Assembly: GCA_963829525.1 (NCBI GenBank)
Contig: CAWHIJ010000003.1
Location: 2,272,001 to 2,336,000, forward strand
DNA length: 64,000 bases
Source of the DNA: an uncultured Actinomycetota bacterium
Lineage (GTDB): Bacteria > Actinomycetota > Actinomycetes > JAHEKZ01
Direction: 5' to 3'
The notes below the pieces were generated by a model that had not been told where the DNA came from, searched no databases, and worked only from the letters and a program-made list of their open reading frames with translations. A program made the translations under genes and the position numbers. Positions within the stretch are counted from its first letter, which is position 1. Each line of letters starts with the position of its first letter. Positions 11,676-22,374 of the stretch are shown here, piece by piece.

Positions 11676-12392
11676 ATGGACAACTCTAGCGGAGTCGGTG
11701 TTCTGGACAAGGCCAATCTCGTGCTGGGCGCCCTCGAGGCCGGGCCACAGAACCTCGCAGGGCTGGTCACCGCAACCGGACTCGCAAGGCCAACGGCCTA
11801 CCGGCTCGCCGTCGCCCTCGAGCACCACCGCTTGGTCGGCCGTGACCTTCAGGGTCGCTTCGTGCTGGGGCCACGCCTTGGCGAGCTCGCCGCCGCGGCC
11901 GGCGAGGACCGCCTGCTCGCCGCGGCTGGTGGCATTCTCAACGCGCTTCGGGACACCACCGCAGAGAGCACTCAGCTCTACCGCCGACAGGGTGAGCAAC
12001 GTATGTGCGTTGCCGCGGCTGAACGGCTCTCCGGTCTTCGAGACACCGTCCCGGTTGGCACGGTCCTGTCGATGGCCGCCGGCTCAGCAGCCCAGGTGCT
12101 GCTCGCCTGGGAAGAGCCAGACCGTCTGCACCGTGGTCTGAAGGGGGCTCGATTCACCGCGTCCATGCTCGCCGCAGTGCGACGTCGGGGTTGGGCGCAG
12201 AGCATCGGAGAGCGTGAGGCCGGAGTGGCCAGCGTCTCGGCACCGGTCCGCGGGCCCGGCGGCAAGGTGATCGCTGCCGTCTCGGTTTCGGGGCCGTTGG
12301 AGCGCCTCACCCGACAGCCTGGACGCATGCACGCCCCGGCCGTCGTCCACGCGGCCAACTCCCTCACCGAGCTGCTGCGCGCCCACGGCTGA
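11676..12392 (+). CDS. ndgR: IclR family regulator of branched-chain amino acid genes (NdgR-like)
   Basis: MDNSSGVGVLDKA...ARPTAYRLA...GLRDTVPVG; divergent from leuC. Confidence 0.9.
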   Translation: MDNSSGVGVLDKANLVLGALEAGPQNLAGLVTATGLARPTAYRLAVALEHHRLVGRDLQGRFVLGPRLGELAAAAGEDRLLAAAGGILNALRDTTAESTQLYRRQGEQRMCVAAAERLSGLRDTVPVGTVLSMAAGSAAQVLLAWEEPDRLHRGLKGARFTASMLAAVRRRGWAQSIGEREAGVASVSAPVRGPGGKVIAAVSVSGPLERLTRQPGRMHAPAVVHAANSLTELLRAHG

Positions 12393-12442
12393 GACATGGT
12401 CTCCTGACGCACCGCTCTCCGGTGGATCGGGGCTAATCGCGG

Positions 12443-14134
12443 CTAAACGGTGCCAGGACCCTCAGAATCCCCCGGATCGGCATCGATCCACCGCTGGGCC
12501 TCGGCGACCGCACGGGCGAGCGCTGCGCCTATACGTTCGTCGCCAATGACCACGCCGTCCGGCCCGACGATGTCGGTCACACCGCCCGACAGCAGTTGCC
12601 GCATCACTCGCTCGTCGACTGAGACGACGACGAGCCGGGACCCTGCATCATCGAGCTGCGCGGCATACCGGGCCAGAACGTCGATGAAGGTGGTGCCGAG
12701 GTCCATGTGTCCACGAAGACGCACGATGACCACAGACCTCCGGCTGCCGGCTTCGACGCGGGGCAGGGCTGCCTCGAACACAGGAGCCGACGCGAAGAAG
12801 AGGCTTCCGTATGGCTGCAGCACCACTACCTGGCCGGCAGGGACGACCGCGACCGGCTCGACCTCGACGACGTCACCCGAGGGTGAAGCGATGCGCTGCC
12901 TTACCAGCACCTGGTTGGACTGCTGAACGACGTGCAGAACGACCGACACACCGACACCGACGAGGACCGCATACTGCAGCGGCACGAGCATCGTGAGCAC
13001 GAACGTGACGACCAACACCGCCCGCTGTACGAGGCCCGCCTTCCACACGGACATGATGTCGTCCGGCTTGATCGTCCGTACACCGACAAGGATCAGGAGG
13101 CCGGCGAGGGCGGGCATGGCCAGGTAGCCGACGGCCGACCCGAAGAAGCAGCACCACGACCGCCATGACCAGCGCAGCGATCATCGGCGCGAGGCGCGTC
13201 CGTGCACCTGCAGCCGCGTTGATCGCAGAGGCCGACGCGGAACCACCGACAGGCATGCCGCCGGTCATGGCGCACGCGACGTTGGCGAAACCCTGGCCGA
13301 CGAAGTCCCGCGAAGCGTCCGCCCGCTGGCCATCCGCCTTGCCGTAGGTGGCCGAGATCCCGGCCCCCTGGACCAGGCCAACAAAGGCGAGCGACGCGGC
13401 CGGCAGGAGGAGGTCTGGAGCGAGTGCGGCCGACGGCAGCGTCAGCGGAGGGAGTCCTTCGAGGGCCACACCCAGGTCGCTGAGCGTTGCGACACTTGAC
13501 CACCCCAGCAGCGCCGCGAGCGCCGACGTGGCGATCACAGCGACGACGAGCCCGATCGACCCCGACTCGCGTTCGCTCGAGGACGACGATGAGCGCGATG
13601 GTCGCGAGGCCGATCGTCACGCTGGGCCAGTCCACGCTCGCCGGCGAGAGGACGGTGTTGACGTGCGCACGATTCGGTTGTCCCCCGGGGCGGCGTAACC
13701 GGTGAGGTTGGCGACCTGGCCGAGCACGATGTTGACGCCGACGGCGTTCATGAAGCCCACGAGCACCGCGTTCGACACGAACCGCAGGAGCGAGCCGAGC
13801 TTCAGCAGCCCGGCCAGCAGCATCACGGCGCCGGTGAGGACCGCAAGGGTGGCCACCGCCTGCGCCTGGTCTGCGCCGCCATGAAGCCCCGGCACGTCGG
13901 CGATGACCATCGCCATCGCGCCGGTGCCCTGCACGACCATGAAGGCCGAGGACGTCACCGCGGCGCCGGCGAGCGTGCCGACCATGTAGCCGTAGAGGCC
14001 GTTCAACGGGCTCAGCCCAGCGAGCAGCCCCGTGGCCAGGCCGTCCGGGACGCTCTGCACGCCGAGGACGACGCCGGCCTGCGCGTCGTGCCGCAGCGTC
14101 CGCGACCACGCGATGGCAGCCTGATGCGCGTCAC
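12443..14134 (-). CDS. SulP family anion transporter with STAS domain (about 4 frameshifts)
   Basis: Fragments VPDGLATGLLAGLSPLNGLYG, LLRFVSNAVLVGF, SRDFVGQG..GGMPVGGS, YGSLFFA; breaks near 14100, 13670, 13560, 13145. Confidence 0.8.
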
Positions 14135-15184
14135 GCGCGGTCCTCCACAGGCAGGTCGGCCGAGGGCAGCCTCCCCGTGCCGGTCCGCCAGCGCCACCAG
14201 CCGAACGTGAGCGCACCGAGCAGCAGGGTCCCGATGAGGGTGACGACGCGCCACACGACCAGCGCTGCCACGATCTCCGGCTCTGCCGCATCCCTGCCGT
14301 CTCGGTGTAGGTGACGACGAGCGCGGCATCGAGCACGCCGAGGCCGGCCAGGGGCAGTGCGGTGAGCGGGTAGTAGATGAAGAAGCTGCCCAGGACGATC
14401 GCCACGGGTAGCAGCGTCGCGTCCACGCCCACGAGCCGGAGACAGAGCAGGACGATGACCCCGTCGGTCACGACCATCGCAGCCAGCGCGGCGAGCGACG
14501 GCGGGAGCCCCGGACCAGGCGGGTGGACATACGCGCCCGGAAGCCGGCCGCCGTCTCCGCCCAGTCGTCAGCATCGACACCCTCGCGGAAGCGGGCGGCG
14601 ACGAGGGCCGCCCGGCGTCCGACCAGTCGCGGCGAAGCGCTCGCCGCGGGCGACCAGGATCAGAGCCACGACGATCGCGGCAGCGACCACCAGCGAGAGC
14701 ACGGCCGACCAGACCTGCGCTCCCGACAGGTCCTCACCGACGAGCAGCCAGGACGCCGAGGATGGGGATGCTGAAGCGGATGACGTAGAACGCGAGGCTG
14801 TTCAGCGTCACCCCTGGCATGCCGTCGGCCGGCGTGATGCCCCAGGAACCGGAACATCGAGACTCGGACGACGATGTCGCCCGGAGGCGGCGCCACGGTG
14901 CCGACCAGGTTCGCCGTGAGGTCATTCTGGAACCCCCGCCAGAACCCGAGCCCAGGCACGAACACTGCCAGGGGCACCGAGTTGAACGCCTGCCGAGCGA
15001 GCAGCAGTGCGAGGAGCGCGGGGGCCTGCGCCCAGTCCAGCTGCCCGAGCGCGGTCGCGACCTGCTGCCAGTCGACCGAACCCACCAGTGAGACGAGCAG
15101 CCTCGCGACGAGGAAAGAGACCACCAGGAAGAGGAGCGGCCGCAGGACAGCACCCACCAGCGGCTCTCGGCGAAGCCTGCGCAC
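14131..15184 (-). CDS. lysylphosphatidylglycerol synthase TM domain/flippase-like membrane protein (frameshifted)
   Basis: Hydrophobic fragments VDWQQV, PLAGLGVLDAALV, VAALVVWRVVT; start uncertain. Confidence 0.6.
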
Positions 15185-15241
15185 CCGTCCATCGCGCTCA
15201 CCGGTGCATCAAGGCTGGCCCTGTGTCGGTCGGCGCCCAGA

Positions 15242-17595
15242 TCACTGCCGAGCCAGCGCCGCGGACAGCCGCAGCTGCGGGTCGACGAGGTGGTTGAAGT
15301 CGGCGGCGCCGTCGGCCAGCTCGATGAGCACAGAGTGCACGGTGCCGGTGAACTCGCAGTCCTGGGCGCGGTAGTCGTCGCTGACCGGCAGGCCCCCGTC
15401 GCGTCCCACGTCGCACGTCTCGTCGAGCGAGAAGACGAGCGGCACGGTGCGCTCGAGCCTGCCCTCGGCCACCGTCTCCCCGTCGACCGTCAGCGACGAT
15501 GTCGCCGCCACGCCCCGGCCCCCCGCCGTCGTACGCGAAGGACATGACGACCCGGTGGCTGCCCGCGGGGAGCGCCTTCGTGCCGGCGACCTTCGTGACC
15601 TGCAGGCCCATGAGGTTGTAGCAGTAGACGGGGACGCCGTCGTGGCGCAGGTAGAGGCTCCAACCGCCGAACGCGCCGCCCTGCGCGATGATGACGCCCG
15701 ACGCGCCCCCCTCCGGGACCTCGATGTCGGCGGCCACGGCGTGCGAGACGTTCTTGATGTTGATGACGGTCGCCTCGGTGAGACGGCTCATGCCGCCGTA
15801 GAGGATCTGCTTGCGGCCGGTGATCAGCTGTGGCCGCCCGGCGATGGTGGCGTCGAACCGCTCGACCCGCCTGTCGTCCAGCGGCAGGACGTTGTACTTC
15901 CTCGCCTCCACCAGGAAGAGCTCCTGCAGCTCTCGGAGCTTCTCCGGCATCCGCTCGGCGAGGTCGTCCGCCTGCGTCCAGTCGTCCGGCGCGTACAGCT
16001 CCCAGACGTCGTCGACGAATGCCGGCAGCTCGGCCATCGCGATCCACGGGGTGGCGTGCTTGGTGACCGCGGTCCAGCCCTCGTGGTAGATGCCCCGGTT
16101 GCCGCCGATCTCGAAGTACTGCGTCGTGTGGCGGTCGGGCGCCTCGGCGTCGTCGAACGCGTACCTCATGCTCACGCCGTGCAGCGGGGTCTGCTCTGCC
16201 CCGTTGACGCTGCTCGGGGTGCGGGATGCCCGCGACCTCGAGGATGGTCGGGGCGATGTCGATCACGTGGTGGAACTGGTGGCGGACGCCGGTCGATGCG
16301 ATGCCCGACGGCCAGTGGACCACGGTCCCGTTCCTCGTACCGCCCCAGTGGGACGCCACCTGCTTCGTCCACTGGTACGGCGTGTCCATCGCGTGCGCCC
16401 ACCCGACCGAGAAGTGGTTGTACGCCTCAGGCGTGCCGAACTGGTCGATGCGCGCGGCCATGAACTCCGGCGTCTCGAGCGCGGCGGCGCCATTGAAGAA
16501 GAGGTACTCGTTGAAGCTGCCGTTGATGTGCCCCTCGGCCGAGGCCCCGTTGTCGCCGATGACGTAGAAGACCAGGGTGTTGTCGAGAGCCTCCAACTCG
16601 TCGAGAGCGTCGACCAGACGACCGATGTGGTGGTCGGTGTGCTCCAGGAAGCCCGCGTACACCTCCATCTGGCGCGCCAGGACAGGCTTCAACTCGGGCG
16701 GCATGTCGTCCCACGCCGGGATCTCGTCGTGGCGAGCCGTGAGCTCAGCCTCTTCGGGGACGACTCCCCGGCGCTTCTGCTCGGCGAAGATGCGCTCCCG
16801 CAGGGCGTCCCATCCGTCGTCGAACTCGCCCCGGTACTTGTCCGCCCACTCCAGCGGCACGTGGTGAGGCGCATGCGTCGCCCCGGGTGCGTAGTACATG
16901 AAGAAGGGGCGATCAGGGGTCAGCGCCGACTGCTGACGGACCCAGGCGATCGCGCGATCGGTCATGTCCTCGGTGAAGTGGTAGCCGTCGTCCGCCGTCG
17001 CTTCTTGCTCGATCGGGGTCGTGCCGCTGTAGAGGGCGGGCGCGTACTGGTTGGTCTCGCCGCCGAGGAAGCCGAAGAAGTGCTCGAAGCCACCACCACC
17101 CGTTGGCCACGCGTCGAAGGGCCCGACTGGGCTGGTCTGCCACACGGGGACCTCGTGGCACTTGCCGAACTGCGCGGTCGCGAAGCCGTTCAGCCGGAGC
17201 ACCTCCGCCAACGGTGCGGTGGACTGCGGCCGGACCGACGTGTACCCGGGAGCCGAAGTCGCGATCTCGGTGATCGCGCCCATCCCTACGGCGTGATGGT
17301 TGCGGCCCGTCAGCAACGCCTGCCGGGTGGGCGCGCACAGCGCCGTCGTGTGGAACCGGGAGAAGGACAGGCCGTTGCCCGCCAGTCTCTCGGCGGTGGG
17401 CGTACGGCAAGGCCCGCCAAAGGTGCTCGCCGCCCCGAAGCCGACGTCGTCCAGCAGGATCACGAGCACGTTGGGTGCACCCTCCGGCGGCCGTACAGGG
17501 GCTATCGGCTCGAACACCGCCCGAGGATCCTTGGCGTCCTCGTAGACAGGACCTGCGTACTGCTTGTCCGGCATCGGAAGGATCGAACGGTCCAT
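15242..17595 (-). CDS. arylsulfatase (formylglycine-dependent, AtsA/AtsD-like; frameshifted)
   Basis: PNVLVILLDDVG, CAPTR (CxPxR), LLTGR, GKCH, DNGASAEG; breaks near 16210 and 15490. Confidence 0.9.
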
Positions 17596-17733
17596 CCAGC
17601 ACTCCCTGGTGTCAATCGCTGGTCGTCAACAAGAGCGGGCCAACCGTACTCCGCGGATCCCACGAGGGCTTGTTGCCGGGACAGCGGTGCCCTCGGGCAA
17701 AGCCCCGCCCGCTCAGCCGGACATGAGGCACAG

Positions 17734-17767
17734 CGAAGGCCCAGGTCTGTAAAGACCTGGGCCTTCG
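17734..17767 (-). terminator. hairpin downstream of tRNA-Glu
   Basis: 15-bp perfect stem cgaaggcccaggtct-gtaa-agacctgggccttcg. Confidence 0.8.
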
Positions 17768-17772
17768 GCACG

Positions 17773-17845
17773 TAGCCCCGACGGGATTCGAACCCGCGCT
17801 ACCGCCTTGAGAGGGCGGCGTGCTAGGCCGCTACACAACGGGGCC
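17773..17845 (-). tRNA. tRNA-Glu (CTC)
   Basis: GGCCCCGTTGTGTAGCGGCCTAGCACGCCGCCCTCTCAAGGCGGTAGCGCGGGTTCGAATCCCGTCGGGGCTA cloverleaf. Confidence 0.97.
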
Positions 17846-17944
17846 GTGCGTACTCAACTCGCCACTCGGACTGACCCAAAGGGACGGGCCGGGCGGGACC
17901 GGACGTCAGGTGACAGTACCCAGGCGGGGAACCGCACCAACGCG

Positions 17945-18016
17945 CTGGGGTACCAGGACTCGAACCTAGACTAACGGAACCAGAAACCGTCGGGCTGCCA
18001 ATTACCCCATACCCCA
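17945..18016 (-). tRNA. tRNA-Gln (CTG)
   Basis: TGGGGTATGGGGTAATTGGCAGCCCGACGGTTTCTGGTTCCGTTAGTCTAGGTTCGAGTCCTGGTACCCCAG. Confidence 0.96.
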
Positions 18017-18087
18017 TGGGTGCCGAGAAGTTCCGGCAGACCCCCGAGGATACCCAACCCGGTCACGCCTACCCAAACCGCCTCACG

Positions 18088-19581
18088 TCAGGCTTCCGCA
18101 GACATCTGCAGGGCGAGTGTGAGGCGCCCGAGACTGCGTTCCTTGCCCAAGATTTCGAGAGACTCGAACAGCGGCGGTGACACTCGACGGCCACTCACGG
18201 CAACGCGAACAGGCCCGAACGCGACGCGCGGCTTGAGGCCGAGACCCTCGATCAACGCAGTCCGAAGCTCGGCCTCGATCCTCTCCGTCGACCAGACATC
18301 AAGACCGTGGAGCGCCAGGTATGCAGCGTCAAGAACGGGCTGGCTCTCGGCCGTGAGCTGCTTGGCCGCGTCCTCCGGATCGACGGTGAACGTCGCCTCG
18401 TCGACCAAGAGGAAGTGCAGCATGTCGGCTGCCTGTCCGAGGGTCTCGACCCGTTCCTGCACCAGGACTGCGGCAGCGCGTACCGTCGCCTCGGACGCTG
18501 CATCCAACGTGACACCGCGCTGGTCGCGAAGGAATGAGACCAACCTGACCACGAATTCCTCCCCATCGAGGATTCGGATCCAGTCGGCGTTGAGCGCGGT
18601 GCACTTCTTCAGGTCGAATCGCGCCGGGCTCGCATTGACTCGTGAGAGGTCGAACGCTTCGGCCATCTCCCGAAGTGAAAAGCGGTCCCGGTCCTCGCTC
18701 AACGACCACCCCAGCAGCGCCAGATAGTTCGTCAACCCTTCTGGCAGGAACCCCTGCTCGACGTAGAAGAGCAGCGACGACTCCGGGTCACGTTTGGAGA
18801 GCTTCTTGTTCCCCTCCCCCATCACATAGGGCAAGTGTCCGAACTCGGGGATCGGTCCCCCTGCAACACCGATCTCACGCAGCGCGGCCCACAGCGCCAA
18901 CTGGCGCGGGGTCGACGAGAGGAGATCCTCGCCGCGTAGCACGTGGGTGATCTGCATCAGGGCGTCATCGACGGGGTTCACCAGCGTGTAGAGCGGCTCA
19001 CCATTGGCGCGCACCAAGACGTAGTCGCGTACCTCTCCAGCCGGGAAGGTCACCTCGCCGCGGACGAGGTCATCCCAGCTGAAGGCGCCGTCTGGCATCC
19101 GGAACCGAACCACCGAGGTTCGTCCCTCCGCTTCGTAAGCGGTCTTCTGGTCATCGGTGAGCTCGCGACAGTGACCGTCATAGCCAGGAGGCCTCTTGGC
19201 GAGACGGTCGGCCTCGCGGCGCTGCTCAAGCTCTTCTGAGGTGCAGTAGCACCGGTAAGCGTGCCGGCCGGAAAGTAGCTTCTCGGCGACTTTGCGGTAG
19301 CGCTCCAGGCGCTGCGACTGTCGGTACGGTGCGAACGGTCCGCCCACCTCCGGTCCTTCGTCCCAGTCAAGACCGAGCCACCGCAGTGAGGCGACCAGCT
19401 GCTCATAGGACTCCTCGGAGTCGCGCTGGGAGTCGGTGTCCTCGATCCGGAAGACGAACGTGCCGCCGTGGTGCCGGGCGAAGGCCCAGTTGAACAGTGC
19501 CGTCCTGGCCATGCCCACGTGTGGGTTCCCCGTAGGTGACGGGCAGAAACGGACGCGGACGGGAGCAGCTGGGGAGGTCAT
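18088..19581 (-). CDS. gltX: glutamate--tRNA ligase
   Basis: [26 protein letters not shown]. Confidence 0.98.
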   Translation of the reverse strand: MTSPAAPVRVRFCPSPTGNPHVGMARTALFNWAFARHHGGTFVFRIEDTDSQRDSEESYEQLVASLRWLGLDWDEGPEVGGPFAPYRQSQRLERYRKVAEKLLSGRHAYRCYCTSEELEQRREADRLAKRPPGYDGHCRELTDDQKTAYEAEGRTSVVRFRMPDGAFSWDDLVRGEVTFPAGEVRDYVLVRANGEPLYTLVNPVDDALMQITHVLRGEDLLSSTPRQLALWAALREIGVAGGPIPEFGHLPYVMGEGNKKLSKRDPESSLLFYVEQGFLPEGLTNYLALLGWSLSEDRDRFSLREMAEAFDLSRVNASPARFDLKKCTALNADWIRILDGEEFVVRLVSFLRDQRGVTLDAASEATVRAAAVLVQERVETLGQAADMLHFLLVDEATFTVDPEDAAKQLTAESQPVLDAAYLALHGLDVWSTERIEAELRTALIEGLGLKPRVAFGPVRVAVSGRRVSPPLFESLEILGKERSLGRLTLALQMSAEA

Positions 19582-19658
19582 GACATCTCTCGGACGAGGG
19601 GACACACCTGACGGGTGAAGGGTACCTACCGGCCCGGGTGACGGTGGCGGACGACTGC

Positions 19659-20441
19659 TCAGCCGGCTGCGCGGACCGTATTGTCGAGTCGGCCGACCCC
19701 ACCGACGGTGACGGAGACGCGGTCACCATCAGCCAGTGGACCGACTCCAGCCGGAGTGCCTGTCAAGATGACGTCCCCTGGGATGAGGGTCATCACCGAT
19801 GACACGAAGACCACGAGATCGTTGATGGAGTGCACCATCGTCGACGCCGCGGCCGACTGCCGGACTTCGCCATTGACCTCGGTCTGCACGTTGAGCGCCT
19901 CGGCGTCGACCTCGGTCGAGATCCACGGGCCAAGAGGACAGAACGAATCGAAGCCCTTGGCCCGCGTCCACTGGCCGTCGCTGCGCTGGAGGTCGCGCGC
20001 GGTGACATCGTTGGCGCAGGTGTAGCCGAGCACGACTTCCTCGACGCGTGCAGGCGGGACGTCTCGGGCGAGGCGGCCGATCACGACAGCGATCTCGCCC
20101 TCGAACTCCACCTGCTGCGACTGCGGCGGCAGGACAACCGATTCTCCTGGCCCGATCACGCTGGTCGACGGTTTGAGGAACATCACCGGGGTCGTGGGAG
20201 CCTCACCACCCATCTCTCGCGCATGCTCGGCGTAGTTCTTACCTATTCCGATCACCTTGTTCGGCAGAACCGGAGGCAGCAGCCGCACGTCACTTAACGC
20301 CAACCGCGCCGACGTCCGCTCATACGGGGCAAAGGGATGACCGTCGATGGCATTGACCGTCAGGGATGCAACGTCGTCGAGGTCGCCGTCAACGACCCCG
20401 TAGGCAATCTGGTCTGCGACGGTGAAACGGGCGATACGCAC
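19659..20441 (-). CDS. fumarylacetoacetate hydrolase family protein
   Basis: [37 protein letters not shown]. Confidence 0.95.
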   Translation of the reverse strand: MRIARFTVADQIAYGVVDGDLDDVASLTVNAIDGHPFAPYERTSARLALSDVRLLPPVLPNKVIGIGKNYAEHAREMGGEAPTTPVMFLKPSTSVIGPGESVVLPPQSQQVEFEGEIAVVIGRLARDVPPARVEEVVLGYTCANDVTARDLQRSDGQWTRAKGFDSFCPLGPWISTEVDAEALNVQTEVNGEVRQSAAASTMVHSINDLVVFVSSVMTLIPGDVILTGTPAGVGPLADGDRVSVTVGGVGRLDNTVRAAG

Positions 20442-20472
20442 CCGCCGGACGTTACCGGGTTCGGTGCCTTGG

Positions 20473-22374
20473 TCACTTCTCGGGCTCCTGAAGGGCCTCG
20501 AGAATCAAGCGGGCATAGGCCTCCTGACCACGTGGGGTCAGGTGGGTGCCATCTGCTTCGAAGTACTCAGGATGTCCCACCGACGCTCGCGCCCAGTCGG
20601 CAACCATCACATTCTGCCGGCCCTCCGCGGCCCGCCTGATGGTGTCGTTGCTCTGTTCCATCCACGGCACCTGGGAGCGCACAGTCGTCACCACCACGCG
20701 GTCCAGAGCAGCCAGACTCTTCAAGAAGTCCGGAAACCCCTGCGGGTCAGGCGGGCCATTCGTTCCGGTCTGCAGAATCAGGATGTCCGCCAGCCGGTCA
20801 ACCGCGATCCGCTCACGAACCCGTTGGGCGATCTCGACGGGCTGGCGTCCAATCGCGGCGTCGACGGTGACCCGCGGCAACTCCGCTCTGAGCGCGACTC
20901 GGGCACCGAGCAACACAGAGTCGCCAACAGCGGTAATCGGACGCTGTTCCGGTGGCAGAGCGTCCAGGCGGTTTGCCCGGCGCTTCTCACGTCGCTCTTT
21001 TGCAGACTTCTGAGCATCGGAACTGGGCTGAACGGAGTCTGCCTTCGGTGTCAGCTCGCCAGCTCCGGATTCGGTGACACCCCCGAGGTAGGTAGTGCTG
21101 TCGATGGCCGGCATCGCAGCGAGCGCCACCCCACCGGCGAACACGGTCACAGCTGCCAGGCCTGCGACAGCAAGAGCCTCGGCCTTGGTTCGCGTCGATC
21201 CATGGCTGAGCCGGGAGCGCCAGCGGCCAAGAGCTCCGTTGCGGATCGGCATCTCCAACCAGCGGTAACTGACCTCTGCCGCCCCGAAAGTCAGGCCAAG
21301 CGAAACGGCCGCCCCCCACCAGCCGCGAAGGCCGATATCAAGGTCAGGCCGCGTCACCATGAAGATCGGCCAGTGCCACAGGTAGATGCCATATGAGCGG
21401 GTACCGAGCCAGCTCATCACGGGGTTTCCGAGCAACAGGCCAAACCTGGCAGCCGGATGCGAGGCAGCCATCACCAGCAGAGCGGTCATGAGCGCAACGA
21501 CGAGGAAGCCCCCACGGAAGAGCCACTCCGACGCCTCCGAGCTCCACGAGAAGATCGCGATCAAGGCAAGGATCGCACCCACTCCGGTCACGGCCACAGC
21601 GCTTTGGGCAGAGTGCGGGATCTGCCGGGGGAGGGCGCCGGGGCGCCAGAAGACGGCCAACGCCGCGCCAACGAGCACGGTCATGGCATGGGTATCTGAG
21701 CCGAAGTAAAGCCGTGCGGTGTCTGCCGACGCAGGGATGTCGCCCTGCACGGCAAGGAATGCCATCAGCGCAGTCGACACGAGAGCGCCCGCGATCGCTG
21801 CAACGCCAACACCTCGGCGTCCCCATCGCTTCCACGCGAAGTAGGCCACCGCTGGCCACACCAGGTAGAACTGTTCCTCGATGCCCAGGGACCACAGGTG
21901 CTGCAACAGCGGTGGGCGGCCAAGCACGTCGAAGTAGCTCCGCTCGTCGAAGATGTACCACCAGTTCGTCGTGTAGGTGAGGGCTGAGAGGACATCCTGG
22001 CGGAAGGTGGCGGCGGCGTCCCTGGCCACGGTCAGCACGAGGACACTGCTGACGGCCAGAACAGCAAGAAGCGCCGGCAGAAGGCGGCGAGCGCGCCGAG
22101 CGTAGAAAGACCCGAACCGCAGGCGCTCGGTCGTCTCCATCTCGCCGAGCAACAGCGACGTGATGAGAAAGCCCGAGAGCACGAAGAAGACGTCAACCCC
22201 GAGAAATCCTCCAGGTAGCACCCTTTGCGGAAGGTGGAAGAGGAGCACCGCGACCACCGCAATCGCCCGAACACCATCGAGGCCGGGCAGGAACGGCAGC
22301 TTCGGGATTCCCGAGGGGCGAGACGCGGGCTCGGTGGTCGACCTGGCGATGACCTGCGTGGTGGTATCTGTCAT
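20473..22374 (-). CDS. acyltransferase-3 / SGNH fusion (OatA-like O-acetyltransferase)
   Basis: GLDGVRAIAV, GFLGVDVFFVLSGFLIT, HLWSLGIEEQFY, SYGIYLWHWP; C-terminal GDS...GTN...DGTH; start overlaps cimA stop (TGATG). Confidence 0.9.
   Translation of the reverse strand: MTDTTTQVIARSTTEPASRPSGIPKLPFLPGLDGVRAIAVVAVLLFHLPQRVLPGGFLGVDVFFVLSGFLITSLLLGEMETTERLRFGSFYARRARRLLPALLAVLAVSSVLVLTVARDAAATFRQDVLSALTYTTNWWYIFDERSYFDVLGRPPLLQHLWSLGIEEQFYLVWPAVAYFAWKRWGRRGVGVAAIAGALVSTALMAFLAVQGDIPASADTARLYFGSDTHAMTVLVGAALAVFWRPGALPRQIPHSAQSAVAVTGVGAILALIAIFSWSSEASEWLFRGGFLVVALMTALLVMAASHPAARFGLLLGNPVMSWLGTRSYGIYLWHWPIFMVTRPDLDIGLRGWWGAAVSLGLTFGAAEVSYRWLEMPIRNGALGRWRSRLSHGSTRTKAEALAVAGLAAVTVFAGGVALAAMPAIDSTTYLGGVTESGAGELTPKADSVQPSSDAQKSAKERREKRRANRLDALPPEQRPITAVGDSVLLGARVALRAELPRVTVDAAIGRQPVEIAQRVRERIAVDRLADILILQTGTNGPPDPQGFPDFLKSLAALDRVVVTTVRSQVPWMEQSNDTIRRAAEGRQNVMVADWARASVGHPEYFEADGTHLTPRGQEAYARLILEALQEPEK

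Noticed and set aside
12427-12435. tcggggcta matching the tRNA-Glu 3' end as an att site
   Set aside because: Only 9 bp and inverted relative to the tRNA; no integrase
17945-18016. U-U mismatch at the base of the tRNA-Gln anticodon stem
   Set aside because: A single tolerated mismatch or sequencing error; the anticodon is ordinary CTG
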